In this document: piece by piece, positions 50,563 through 59,969 of the stretch
Numbering within the stretch: position 1 is the stretch's first letter
Layout: each line of letters begins with the position of its first letter
Assembly: GCA_965232605.1 (NCBI GenBank)
Contig: CBDDQA010000006.1
Span: forward strand, 159,077-223,076
Direction: 5' to 3'
Source of the DNA: an uncultured Candidatus Binatia bacterium
Lineage (GTDB): Bacteria > Desulfobacterota > Binatia > Bin18
Length of the DNA: 64,000 bases
The notes under the pieces: generated by a model
Told to the model about the DNA's origin: nothing
The model's input: the letters and a program-made list of their open reading frames with translations, nothing else
Database searches by the model: none
Translations under genes and position numbers: made by a program

Positions 50563-50958
50563 CTAGAGCAGGTCTGCCCCGGCCTGAGCACACTCCTCGT
50601 CCTGCTGACCAGTCCCCCCACCAACACCGCACCCGCCCTCAAGGACCCCATCGCGCATGAGCGCAACGCCCCCCTGGCTGGCGATCATGTGGCCCCCTTC
50701 TGCGGCAACAATGCCGCGTACAATCGGGCTGTCGGCCATCTGTTGGAGGGCGCCACTGGGCCGGGCAAAGCCAGCCGAAGCGACAGCCTTCCCCTGAGAG
50801 CCGTAGACGCCGGCCCATAGGGCATCGTCCATGCGATTGAACGCCACGAGGCGTCCCCCAGCATCACACACGGCTACGCTGATCTTGATGTTAAGCTCTT
50901 GCGCCTTGGCTATGGCCCCGGCAACAACACGGTTGGCTTCCTCTAATGTCAGTGCCAT
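50563..50958 (-). CDS. GlcG/DUF336 heme-binding family protein.
   Basis: Family-wide similarity, 131 aa. Confidence 0.8.
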   Translation of the reverse strand: MALTLEEANRVVAGAIAKAQELNIKISVAVCDAGGRLVAFNRMDDALWAGVYGSQGKAVASAGFARPSGALQQMADSPIVRGIVAAEGGHMIASQGGVALMRDGVLEGGCGVGGGTGQQDEECAQAGADLL

Positions 50959-51078
50959 ACGACAAACCCTCCTCTCTCATTCTAAAAATTGAACTTGCAA
51001 ATTCCGGGCAATTTTGCAAACGATGCAGAGGCCAAAGAAGGCAACCGTTCGAGCAGCGTACAGAAAAGGAGGAGCGAT

Positions 51079-51792
51079 ATGAGAGCAGAGAGTCTGGAAT
51101 ATAAAGACGGGGATGTCACCCTCAAAGGATTTGTGGCGCTGGATGACCAGAGCGACCATCAGCGGCCCGGCATTCTGGTGATGCCCGAGGCGTTTGGATT
51201 GGGCCAGCAGGCCAAGAACCGCGCCCTGCGACTGGCCTCGCTCGGCTACGCTGCGCTGGCGGGCGACCCCTATGGTAACGGCCTTGAGGTCAGCGATTTG
51301 CAGGATGCGATTAAACACGCCGGGGCCATACGTGAGGATAACACCAAGTTTCGCCAACGCATCCGCGCCGGACTCGACGCGCTGACGGCGCTACCCCAGG
51401 TGGACACCGACCGGCTTGTGGTCATGGGCTATTGCATGGGGGGGACCTGTTCCCTGGAGATGGCGCGGGACGGCGCGCCGCTCAAGGGCGTGGTCTCATT
51501 CCACGGGGCGCTGGAAACCCAGAGTCCGGCAGAGCCGGGCAAGGTCCAGGCCAAGGTCCTGGTGTGCCACGGTGCGGATGATCCCTTTGTTCCGGTCGAA
51601 CAGGTCACTGCCTTTGAAGAGGAGATGAGACAGGCCGGGGTGGACTGGCAGGTCATCAGCTACGGCGGCACGGTGCACAGCTTTACGAACCCGGAGGCCG
51701 ACGGATCCATCGAGGGCATTTGCTATAATAAACAGGCGGATGAGCGCTCGTGGCAGGCCATGCAGGCCTTCTTTGACGAGATTTTCGCCTAG
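51079..51792 (+). CDS. Dienelactone hydrolase family protein.
   Basis: GYCMGG nucleophile motif. GGAGGAG RBS. Confidence 0.85.
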   Translation: MRAESLEYKDGDVTLKGFVALDDQSDHQRPGILVMPEAFGLGQQAKNRALRLASLGYAALAGDPYGNGLEVSDLQDAIKHAGAIREDNTKFRQRIRAGLDALTALPQVDTDRLVVMGYCMGGTCSLEMARDGAPLKGVVSFHGALETQSPAEPGKVQAKVLVCHGADDPFVPVEQVTAFEEEMRQAGVDWQVISYGGTVHSFTNPEADGSIEGICYNKQADERSWQAMQAFFDEIFA

Positions 51793-51795
51793 CCG

Positions 51796-52461
51796 CTATA
51801 CCGACCGGCCCGACCGAATCGCATACACATCGACCTCTTCACGTCCAGCCATCCAGGCCGTCTCGCGGTGCTGGACCTGGACGTGAAAGCGGGCGGCCGC
51901 AAGCTGTTCTAAAAATTTGGCGACCCCCTCCCGGCGCGGGTCGCCAAAAAAGGCCATGCCGCCTGTTGTGAGCGTGGCCGTCAGGAGCTTATACATCCAG
52001 CCGCCGTCAACTGCCTCGTACAACACATCAGCCCCGACAAGCACATCGTACCGGCCAAGCTGCTGCACGCTGTTCTCGTCCAGCCAGCAGCGGCACTGTT
52101 CCTGAACGCCGGGGACGGAGTTGAGTTCGCAATTCCGCTGAACCAGCCGCAGGGACTCGGGGATATGATCAAGCGCGGTGACCTGCGCGCCCAATGAAGC
52201 CAACACCACACTCTCCAGCCCGACCCCACAGCCAATCACCAGGGCATGCTTCTCGCGCCACCACTCCGCAGGATAAGTCGAGGCGAGATACTGCGACAGG
52301 GCGAGGCTGGCCGGCCAGGCCAGATGCCAGTAGTCGTTCGCGCCGCAGTACGGACAGCGGGAAAATTCGGGCTGGACGTTGCGGAGTTCAATCAGCCGCA
52401 CGACAAGCTGTGGCGTGATCCGGTACGGGAGAATACTTTCCTCAAATAACTGTGTCGCCAT
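51796..52461 (-). CDS. Class I SAM-dependent methyltransferase (METTL21/Methyltransf_16-like).
   Basis: VIGCGVGLES motif I. Confidence 0.7.
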   Translation of the reverse strand: MATQLFEESILPYRITPQLVVRLIELRNVQPEFSRCPYCGANDYWHLAWPASLALSQYLASTYPAEWWREKHALVIGCGVGLESVVLASLGAQVTALDHIPESLRLVQRNCELNSVPGVQEQCRCWLDENSVQQLGRYDVLVGADVLYEAVDGGWMYKLLTATLTTGGMAFFGDPRREGVAKFLEQLAAARFHVQVQHRETAWMAGREEVDVYAIRSGRSV

Positions 52462-52544
52462 GGTCTTGAGATTCAAGTATTTTCTGCGGCCCTTTCTGGC
52501 CCATGCTCTTTTCGCGGCGGGTGCGGGATTTGTATAAGAATCAA

Positions 52545-53192
52545 TTATGGATTGATAATGACTTCGTGGGCCGGCCCTTTGAATAATATCTCTAGCCGGT
52601 TCAGTACGTCTCGCCCAAGAATCCGTTCTTGACCAGTGAAGTCTGCTTGCAGCCGACACGGATAGTTTCTACCATCAAAGAATGCCCACGCTCGAAAAAC
52701 TAATGTCGCAGTAGCTGTTTCTCCAACACCTCCCATCAAACCCGGGACACCCTCTTGTGGATCGAAGGCTAACTGCTCGCAGTCTGCCCACGGAAGCGCA
52801 CTGGCATCCGCACCCGTATCTGGAATCACCTTCTCCAGTATAGTCCCCGGAGTTTCAGCCTGCTTTCGAAATTCTACAGTCATCACCGGCAGCGCTTCGC
52901 CAGGATACCCGTCGTCATACGGAAATATAGCTCGGCGCATACGACAGGGTTCATTTTCATGTCCGACGCATGTGACAAAAGGGTGGAGTTCTGACTCCTG
53001 GGCCGCATGAAAGACTTCCACCGGACTGCTCCCAGATACAATCACCTGACCGTTTGCGAAGCCAACCCACTGGTCGTGATATTGCGAGAGTAACTGTTCA
53101 CGCTGCGCCCAGTACTCGGCTTCATTTTTACACCAGTCAGGGTGAATCTTCTGAGCCACTTCCGGCGGCAGGCCTTCAATCAGGCTTTTCAT
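52545..53192 (-). CDS. Protein with a C-terminal retropepsin-like (clan AA, DTGA) aspartic protease domain.
   Basis: VIPDTGADASALP...ILGRDVL pattern. Local GC is lower than the flanks. Confidence 0.5.
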   Translation of the reverse strand: MKSLIEGLPPEVAQKIHPDWCKNEAEYWAQREQLLSQYHDQWVGFANGQVIVSGSSPVEVFHAAQESELHPFVTCVGHENEPCRMRRAIFPYDDGYPGEALPVMTVEFRKQAETPGTILEKVIPDTGADASALPWADCEQLAFDPQEGVPGLMGGVGETATATLVFRAWAFFDGRNYPCRLQADFTGQERILGRDVLNRLEILFKGPAHEVIINP

Positions 53193-53391
53193 ACAACACC
53201 TCAAAGGAACTCGTCCTATTTTTTCCAAGGATTATACACCGATACCGACTCCGGTAGCGAGCCGGGGAAGCAGGAATCGACTCGGTCTCAGGTCGGGAGA
53301 CCCATTTTCGCTTGACAGTAGCCGTTCCGGTGCACTAGGACGGAGACACGGGAGAGGCGCGGAGAGTACGCACTATTTCTTTCAGTCAACA

Positions 53392-54009
53392 TTGAGCGGG
53401 AGGAGGGACACTATGGCACGGCTCAGTCTCGTGGACCACAAGCAGATGAGTCCGCAGTATGCGCAACTGGTGGAACGGGTAAAAAGCGCTGACGGTTATG
53501 TCAATTTTCTGAGCATGATGGCCCACCGCCAGGAGGTCGTTGAGCCCATGTGGCGGGCCTATGTCGATATGTTCGAGGAGGGCGTTGTCGAGCCACCCCT
53601 CAAGGAGTTGGTCCGCATCAAAATTGCCTATCTGAACGGGTGTTTATTTTGACAGGGCTTTCGCTACGCATCGGTGATGCGGAAAGGACTGACCGAAGAA
53701 AAAATCGCCCAGCTTGAGGATTATGCAAACAGCCCGGCCTTTACTCCGCGCGAAAAGAGCGCCCTCCGGTTTGCCGAGAAGCTGGCCATTGACTATGACT
53801 CGATTGATAACGACGAGTTCTTTATCGGGCTCCAACAGCATTTTACCGACGCCGAGATCGTCGAGCTCGGTATCGTGATCGGCTATGACATCGCTTTTGG
53901 TCGGCTGCTGCGCGTGTTTGACGCCGACCCGAAGGTGTGTGAGGTTCCGGAGCATCGTGAGGTTGGCATAGACGTTGCCGAATCTCCGGCTCTGTCCACA
54001 GCAAAATAA
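53392..54009 (+). CDS. AhpD/carboxymuconolactone decarboxylase-family protein with an in-frame TGA at 53650-53652. It is a candidate selenoprotein with a CxxU motif (NGCLF-U-QGF).
   Basis: The two tracked ORFs (53392-53652 and 53674-54009) are in the same frame, separated by a single TGA plus 7 codons. The TGA sits at the position of the second Cys of the family's NGCxYC redox motif. A SECIS-like hairpin follows immediately. Confidence 0.55.
53653..53691 (+). promoter_or_regulatory. SECIS-like stem-loop directly 3' of the in-frame UGA: CAGGGCUUUC-GCUA-CGCAUC-GGU-GAUGCG-GAAAG-GACUG.
   Basis: Lower stem CUUUC/GAAAG, 4-nt bulge, 6-bp upper stem, GGU apical loop with G and U. Position is 1-40 nt after the UGA, as in bacterial SECIS elements. 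Confidence 0.45.
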
Positions 54010-54076
54010 TGAATGCCACGGGTGGGTCAGAAACGACCCACCCTGTTCTGTTGGTTAGCCGAGCGGAACGGTTTCC

Positions 54077-55306
54077 TCAGATCCGTTCGATAATCGTGGC
54101 AATGCCCATGCCGCCACCGATACACATGGTGACCAGCCCGGTGGTTTTATCCCGACGTTCGAGTTCGTCGAGAACAGTGCCCATGAGCATGCTGCCGGTC
54201 GCGCCAAGCGGATGACCCAGGGCAATGGCCCCACCGTTGACGTTGACCGTGTCCGGGTCCATGTCACAGTCGCGCATGGTTTTCAGGGGGACGACCGCGA
54301 ATGCCTCGTTGATTTCAATCAGGTCGATATCCTTGATCGTCATGCCGGCTTTTTTGAGCACCTTTCTGGTCGCCGGAACCGGCGCGGTCAACATGATGAT
54401 GGGCTCATCTCCCGCGGTTGCGGTGGCGACAATCCGAGCGCGCGGCTTCATACCGTGGCTGCGGGCATACTCCGGAGAGGCGAGCAGCAGGGCTCCCGCG
54501 CCGTCAACAATGCCCGACGAATTGCCGGCGTGATGCACGTGGTTGATCTCGTTCACGTCCGTGTAGCGGGACAGCGCCTTTTCGTCGAAACTCAGCGTGT
54601 CGCCCTTTTGCACATACTTCCCCAGTTCCGCAAAGGACGGCGGCAGTTGACCAAGCCCCGCAAGCGTCGTGTTTGGCCGGGGATATTCGTCGCGCTCTAA
54701 GATCACCGTACCGTCAGCACCGCACACCGGAATCAGGCTCTTTTTCAGGCGATCCTCTGCATGAGCCCTTGTGTAGCGCTGCTGGCTCGACAGCGCGAAG
54801 GTGTCACAATCCTCGCGGCTGAAGCCCTCGCGGGTGGCAATCAGATCGCCCGAGATGCCTTGCTGGACAAGCGGGTGGAGTTGGCGCAGATGCCGATTAT
54901 GGCCGTCAATCCCGCCGCGGTCCGCATTCATCGGCACGCGGGACATGGACTCCACTCCACCGGCGACCACCAGGTCCTGCTCACCGGACTTGATACCCAT
55001 GGCCGCAAAATTGACCGCCTGCTGTCCCGAGCCGCAGAAACGGTTAATCGTCACCCCGGTCGAATCGTTCGGCCACTCGGCTGCCAGCACGGACATCCGG
55101 GCAATACACATGGCCTGCTCGCCGTACGCGGTCACACAGCCGACCACCACGTCGTCCACATCACGCGGGTCCAGGTCGTTTCTTTCTTTTGTGGCGTTCA
55201 GAACTTGTGCCATGAGTTCCTGGGGATGGATCCCCGCCAGCGCCCCATCCTGCTTTCCCCGCCCACGCGGGGTTCGAACGGCATCAATAATCCAAGCTTC
55301 ACCCAT
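54077..55306 (-). CDS. Acetyl-CoA C-acyltransferase (thiolase).
   Basis: Thiolase N- and C-terminal signatures (active-site Cys regions). Confidence 0.9.
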   Translation of the reverse strand: MGEAWIIDAVRTPRGRGKQDGALAGIHPQELMAQVLNATKERNDLDPRDVDDVVVGCVTAYGEQAMCIARMSVLAAEWPNDSTGVTINRFCGSGQQAVNFAAMGIKSGEQDLVVAGGVESMSRVPMNADRGGIDGHNRHLRQLHPLVQQGISGDLIATREGFSREDCDTFALSSQQRYTRAHAEDRLKKSLIPVCGADGTVILERDEYPRPNTTLAGLGQLPPSFAELGKYVQKGDTLSFDEKALSRYTDVNEINHVHHAGNSSGIVDGAGALLLASPEYARSHGMKPRARIVATATAGDEPIIMLTAPVPATRKVLKKAGMTIKDIDLIEINEAFAVVPLKTMRDCDMDPDTVNVNGGAIALGHPLGATGSMLMGTVLDELERRDKTTGLVTMCIGGGMGIATIIERI

Positions 55307-55381
55307 GACTTCCTCCATTCTTTCCGGTCGGGTAATGCAGTCGGGCGAGACGGTGCTGCTGACACCGCTGTGACGGTCGGC

Positions 55382-56035
55382 TCAGTGCGGCGAGATGGCC
55401 ATGGCCATCATGACCGACCGCTCAATTTCGGCGATCACGCTGCCGACTTCGTGACCGATCAGGTCCATCTTGCGCAGTTGCTCGACACGAGGGGTGATGC
55501 GCTCGATTTCCCGGTCAGAGAAGATGTCGCGCAGGAAACCGGCGGCATCAACCAGACAGATCATGGCGACATCTCTAGGGTCGGGGATATCGTCGGACAG
55601 CAACACATCCGAAATCCGCAGTCTGGCCTCGCGTTCGACACGTCCATCGACCGTCGGATAGCGGCGCGCCCGGAAGACCCACAAGAATTTCTTATCCTGG
55701 GCCTCCAGAATGCCACGCTCAACCAGACTGGCCAGGGCCTGCTGCCGGATTTCGGTCGTCTCCTGGCCGGCCAGGGTCTCTATCCAGCCCCTGGTATCCT
55801 TGATCTGACTGGGGTTCGCAATATGCGCCAGGGCCTGGTCGAGAATCGGGTTGCCGGTCGGCGTCGCGTCGAGACAGGTGAGATGCTCAAAGTCGGTATC
55901 GACGCGGTTGGCAAAGGCCAGGTCCATCAGCACCGCGCCGGCGAGAATGTATTCCATCGCCCCGCCCCGGGTCGGCAGAAACGACCCGTCGTCATCCAGT
56001 ATCAGCAGCAGGACTTCTTCGGCAAAGGTCAGCAT
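55382..56035 (-). CDS. GPP34/GOLPH3-family protein.
   Basis: N-terminal LTFAEEVLLLILDDDGSF pattern typical of bacterial GPP34. Confidence 0.6.
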   Translation of the reverse strand: MLTFAEEVLLLILDDDGSFLPTRGGAMEYILAGAVLMDLAFANRVDTDFEHLTCLDATPTGNPILDQALAHIANPSQIKDTRGWIETLAGQETTEIRQQALASLVERGILEAQDKKFLWVFRARRYPTVDGRVEREARLRISDVLLSDDIPDPRDVAMICLVDAAGFLRDIFSDREIERITPRVEQLRKMDLIGHEVGSVIAEIERSVMMAMAISPH

Positions 56036-56043
56036 ATCTCTCC

Positions 56044-56379
56044 TCAGGACTGGGCCGCCAGGGCGCTCTCACGGCTGTCGTAGTAGTCGAGCATGGTCAG
56101 GAAGCCGCTGACCTCCATGACGGATTTGCAGGTCGCCCGAAGCGTGCAGAGCATCAGCTTGCCCCCGCCCTGCTGGCATCTCTTGGCGCCGGCAAGCATG
56201 ATGCGCAGGCCGGTGCTGCCGATGTAATCCATCTTGCTGCAATCGAGCACTATCCGGGTATCACCGCGTTCAACGACATCCGAGATATGCCGCTCCAGGT
56301 TCGGGGCGGTGGAACCGTCAACCCGCCCGTCCAGTGAGACAATCACTACAGAGTCTACCGTTTGCTCTTCAATCTTCAT
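56044..56379 (-). CDS. STAS-domain anti-sigma-factor antagonist, tandem copy A.
   Basis: SpoIIAA-like STAS with DYIGSTGL phospho-site region. 111 aa. Confidence 0.8.
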   Translation of the reverse strand: MKIEEQTVDSVVIVSLDGRVDGSTAPNLERHISDVVERGDTRIVLDCSKMDYIGSTGLRIMLAGAKRCQQGGGKLMLCTLRATCKSVMEVSGFLTMLDYYDSRESALAAQS

Positions 56380-56389
56380 TGGCGCGTCC

Positions 56390-56725
56390 TCAGGATTGGG
56401 CCGCCAGGGCGCTCTCACGGCTGTCGTAGTAGTTGAGCATGGTCAGGAAGCCGCTGACCTCCATGACGGATTTGCAGGTCGCCCGGAGCGTGCAGAGCAT
56501 CAGCTTGCCCCCACCCTGTTGGCATTTCTTGGCCCCAAGGAGCAGGACGCGCAGGCCGGCGCTGCTGATGTAATCCATCTTGCCGCAATCGAGCAATATC
56601 TGGGCATGACCGCGTTCAACGACATCCGAGATGTGCCGCTCCAGGTCCGGCGCAGCAGCACCGTCAACCCGCCCGTCCAGTGAAACAATCACTACAGAGT
56701 CTACCGTTTGCTCTTCAATCTTCAT
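56390..56725 (-). CDS. STAS-domain anti-sigma-factor antagonist, tandem copy B (~90% identical to copy A).
   Basis: Near-identical protein. 346-bp tandem period. Confidence 0.8.
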   Translation of the reverse strand: MKIEEQTVDSVVIVSLDGRVDGAAAPDLERHISDVVERGHAQILLDCGKMDYISSAGLRVLLLGAKKCQQGGGKLMLCTLRATCKSVMEVSGFLTMLNYYDSRESALAAQS

Positions 56726-56937
56726 TGGACAGCCTCTCTCTTCGGTCTCAACCGACTGGTCGCATTTAGCCGTTTGGCTGAGGCAGGGATAGCACAGTGA
56801 CCGATAGGCGGCAACCCGTTTTTTGACCGCCAGCGGAGTCGCCTGTGGCAATCTTCACTCTTGGCGAGGCGGGCAATTGCTGGCAGAATACCCTGAAGTC
56901 AAGTGACTGGACACGACAATCGAACAGGGAGATGCGT

Positions 56938-58158
56938 ATGGACAACGGAATTCTATCAGGACTGCGCGTAATCGACTGCGGGACCTATGTTGCCGGGCCG
57001 GCCTCGACAACCATCATGTCGGACTTCGGGGCCGAGGTATTGAAGATCGAGCGCCCACAGGGCGGAGACCTCTATCGCGCCATGTCGGATTTACCCGGCT
57101 TTGCCAAGGCAGACCTCAACTGGGGTTGGATTCTGACCAGTCGGAACAAGAAGAGCGTCGCCCTCGACCTGGCTTCGCCCCAGGGCAGAGACATACTCAT
57201 GCGGCTGGTCAAGACCGCGGACGTGTTTGTCTCCAACTACCAGCATCCGCTGCTCGAAAAATTCCGGCTGACCTGGAAGGACCTTCAACCGGAAAACGAC
57301 CGGCTCATCTATGCCCATCTGAGCGGCTACGGAGATGAAGGTGAAGATGCCGACGCGCCCACGTATGACGCGCTGGCCTATTGGGCGCGCTCGGGCCTGA
57401 TGATGAGCGTCGTGGGCATGGACGGCACACCGGGCGGCCCGCGTCCGGGCATGGGCGACCACCCGACCTCGGTATCCCTGTTTAGCGCGATTATGCTCGG
57501 CCTGTATCAGCGCGAACGGACCGGACGGGGATTGAAAGTCGGCACCTCGTTACTGGCCAGCGGAGCCTGGGCCAACGCCTGCGACCTCCAGGCCAAACTC
57601 TGCAACGCCACCTTTCCGGAACGCGACGAAGACGGCACACCGCCGAACCCGCTGGCCGCCGGCTATCGGAGTCGTGACGGCAAAGCCTTCCTGGCCATTC
57701 TGCTCGATCCCGACAAGGAACTCCCCAATCTGTGCAAGGCCCTCGGCCAGGCCGAACTGGCCACCAACCCGCTGTTTGCCACCAACGAGGCCAGGTCGGA
57801 GAACGCCGCGGCCCTGTTTGCCATTCTACAGGGCCAGTTTGAATCGCGGGACCTCGATGAGTGGCGGGTGCTGTTCAAGCAGGCCGACATCAAATGGGCG
57901 CCCCTGCCCGTGCGGGACGAGGTGGTCGAAGACCCGCAGATGCGGGCCGCCGGCGCGTTCGTGGACATGGACTACCCTGGGCACGGCAAGCTGACGACCA
58001 TCAACAGCCCCATTTTCACGACCGACGGAGAAAAGCGCACCCCAAGCCCGGCCCCGCAGTTGGGCGACCATACCAGCGAAATCCTGCGCGACCTGGGGTA
58101 TGACGACGCGGCCATAGCCGCACTGGTGCGTGACGGCATAGCGGCAGTGGGCGGGTGA
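56938..58158 (+). CDS. Family III CoA-transferase (second copy).
   Basis: LSGLRVIDCGTYVAGP... family signature. GGGAGA RBS. Confidence 0.85.
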   Translation: MDNGILSGLRVIDCGTYVAGPASTTIMSDFGAEVLKIERPQGGDLYRAMSDLPGFAKADLNWGWILTSRNKKSVALDLASPQGRDILMRLVKTADVFVSNYQHPLLEKFRLTWKDLQPENDRLIYAHLSGYGDEGEDADAPTYDALAYWARSGLMMSVVGMDGTPGGPRPGMGDHPTSVSLFSAIMLGLYQRERTGRGLKVGTSLLASGAWANACDLQAKLCNATFPERDEDGTPPNPLAAGYRSRDGKAFLAILLDPDKELPNLCKALGQAELATNPLFATNEARSENAAALFAILQGQFESRDLDEWRVLFKQADIKWAPLPVRDEVVEDPQMRAAGAFVDMDYPGHGKLTTINSPIFTTDGEKRTPSPAPQLGDHTSEILRDLGYDDAAIAALVRDGIAAVGG

Positions 58159-58167
58159 CTTTAACCA

Positions 58168-58210
58168 GTAGTGTCGGATGACGCCTCCGGCTCATCCGAC
58201 CTACGGGACT
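58168..58210. repeat. REP-like hairpin repeat, family 2, copy 1 (gtcggatgacgcctccggctcatccgacctacgggact).
   Basis: Near-identical copy at 58800-58842. Confidence 0.55.
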
Positions 58211-58223
58211 GTCTCAATCTAAA

Positions 58224-58254
58224 GCCTTCCCAAACGCACTTGGGAAGGCTTTTT
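58224..58254 (+). terminator. Rho-independent terminator-like hairpin (GCCTTCCC-loop-GGGAAGGC followed by TTTTT) after the CoA-transferase.
   Basis: GC-rich stem plus T-tract, read from the sequence. Confidence 0.45.
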
Positions 58255-58328
58255 AAGTCATCCCTTTTTAGTTGACCGCCATGCTCAAACAGCTTCAGGT
58301 CGAAAAGCGCGACTTCTGAGGAGGAGTC

Positions 58329-58766
58329 ATGCAATACGTCTATCCATGTAATCTCGCTCCTGACCTGGAAGAGGGCGAAGGATACGTCGTGACCTTCCCG
58401 GACGTTCCCGAGGCTATCACCGGCGCGCGAACCAAAAAGGAATCCCTTGTTCTGGCCGAGGATGCCCTAGCCGTCGCGCTCGGCGCATACGTCGAGAACC
58501 ATGAAGACATCCCAATCCCAAGCACTGCCGTGGACGGCCAGGTCTTGGTCGCCCTCCCGTCCATCGTTGCCGCCAAATTGGCGCTCTACACGGCGATGCG
58601 CCGCCAAAGCATTACCAATGTTGCCCTGGCCAAGCGTCTGGGCTTGAACGAGTCCGCGGTCCGTAGGCTGGTCAATCTCCATCATCGTTCGCACATCAGT
58701 AGCGTTGAAGTGGCCCTGCGCGCCGTCGGACGCGGCTTGGTGGTGGGAGACCGGGCGGTGGCGTGA
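58329..58766 (+). CDS. hicB: HicB-family antitoxin (orphan; no intact hicA).
   Basis: YVYP...EEGEGYVVTFPDVPEAITGARTKKESLVLAEDAL plus a C-terminal HTH. Confidence 0.75.
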   Translation: MQYVYPCNLAPDLEEGEGYVVTFPDVPEAITGARTKKESLVLAEDALAVALGAYVENHEDIPIPSTAVDGQVLVALPSIVAAKLALYTAMRRQSITNVALAKRLGLNESAVRRLVNLHHRSHISSVEVALRAVGRGLVVGDRAVA

Positions 58767-58799
58767 CACCGATTACGACCTCTCACCCTAGTCCCGCAG

Positions 58800-58842
58800 G
58801 TCGAATGACGCCTCCGGCTCATCTGACCTGCGGGACTCATCC
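58800..58842. repeat. REP-like hairpin repeat, family 2, copy 2.
   Basis: gtcgaatgacgcctccggctcatctgacctgcgggact. Confidence 0.55.
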
Positions 58843-59043
58843 ATTTTGTTACAACTCGGTATCGATTTTGGCGTAGATGGTTTGAGGGTATTCTCTTTCC
58901 GGGTCTGTCACACCGTAGCTGACAAGGTGTAATGTCACAGGGTTCCTTTTCCGTGTGGCTGAGCCAGGTTGCATGTTTCAACAAACCAGTGGGCATAACA
59001 GGTTTACTCTCTGCTCGGGACCCAGCAAGAAAGGAGCGCAACC

Positions 59044-59595
59044 TTGGAACGAAGAATCGGTATACTCGCCCTGAGTCTGATCCCCGTCTTCTGTCTCGGT
59101 CTCGTTAATCTCTCCTTTTCCGATGATGCGATTCGTCTGGAAAGCTGGCGGCAGAGGCCGCATGAGGGCAACTTTGCCCAAGGGATTGCGGGAGTCTACC
59201 TCATTCGTCGCCTCACAGACGAGGGAACGCCGAGTTCCTTCCGCTTGATTTCCTTAACCGCAGAGGGGCACTGGGCCAGCACCCATTCCGGTCAGCACGA
59301 CAGCTTCGGTTCCGCCCGATTCAGTGACCAACACGGGGTCTGGGCGCGGTCGGGCTGGCGGGAAATTACGGCGGAGGTGGTCGATTTCAACCTCGACGCC
59401 GCGACCGGAGCGCATACCGGTATCGTGCGCGTCCGTTATGTAGTGCAATTCAGCAAAGATTTACAGTCCCTCACCGGCACGCAGATGGGACGAGTCTTTC
59501 CGCTCGACCAAGACCCGTTTGACCCTGATGCCGTGCCAGCCTTTCGGTTTGGCTCGCCATTCTCAGGACGGCGCGTGACGGTCGAGTCCGATTAG
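59044..59595 (+). CDS. Hypothetical secreted protein with an N-terminal signal peptide.
   Basis: Hydrophobic N-terminus ILALSLIPVFCLGLV. No recognisable domain. Confidence 0.45.
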   Translation: MERRIGILALSLIPVFCLGLVNLSFSDDAIRLESWRQRPHEGNFAQGIAGVYLIRRLTDEGTPSSFRLISLTAEGHWASTHSGQHDSFGSARFSDQHGVWARSGWREITAEVVDFNLDAATGAHTGIVRVRYVVQFSKDLQSLTGTQMGRVFPLDQDPFDPDAVPAFRFGSPFSGRRVTVESD

Positions 59596-59969
59596 CAATG
59601 GCGCATGTGCTGAGGTAAGCTCCGCAGACGATAGCGGTGGGGTTCTACGACGCAATAGCATTGCTTGAGATACTCTTCCGTATGTTCTCTCAAGAGGCGT
59701 TGTAGCTGTTGATGGGCGTCCTCAAAATCGGAGGGAGTTATACGGAGAAGAATAACACCTTTCGATGAAGCGACTTTCAAGAAAACCAACGCCCCAAAGT
59801 CCTTATCCCTCGTGAGAAAAATCCTATCCAACTCCAATGCTTTCCGTAAAAGTGCCTCATCCTCTGTTCGGTGCAGGCCCAATTCCTTGGCAGTGACAAC
59901 GTTGTGCCCTTCTTGCCTGAGCCAGAGAATTGTAGAGTGGTAAACGTCCTGATCGGTCAGGAGGCGCAT
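59592..59969 (-). CDS. DUF5615 PIN-like protein (toxin-like), pair 2.
   Basis: MRLLTDQDV...LTRDKDFG pattern. Confidence 0.75.
   Translation of the reverse strand: MRLLTDQDVYHSTILWLRQEGHNVVTAKELGLHRTEDEALLRKALELDRIFLTRDKDFGALVFLKVASSKGVILLRITPSDFEDAHQQLQRLLREHTEEYLKQCYCVVEPHRYRLRSLPQHMRHC

Noticed and set aside
58267-58328. Possible hicA just upstream of hicB (MLKQLQVEKRDF*).
   Set aside because: Only 12 codons before a stop. Similarity to HicA is not convincing. Retained only as a possible remnant in findings.
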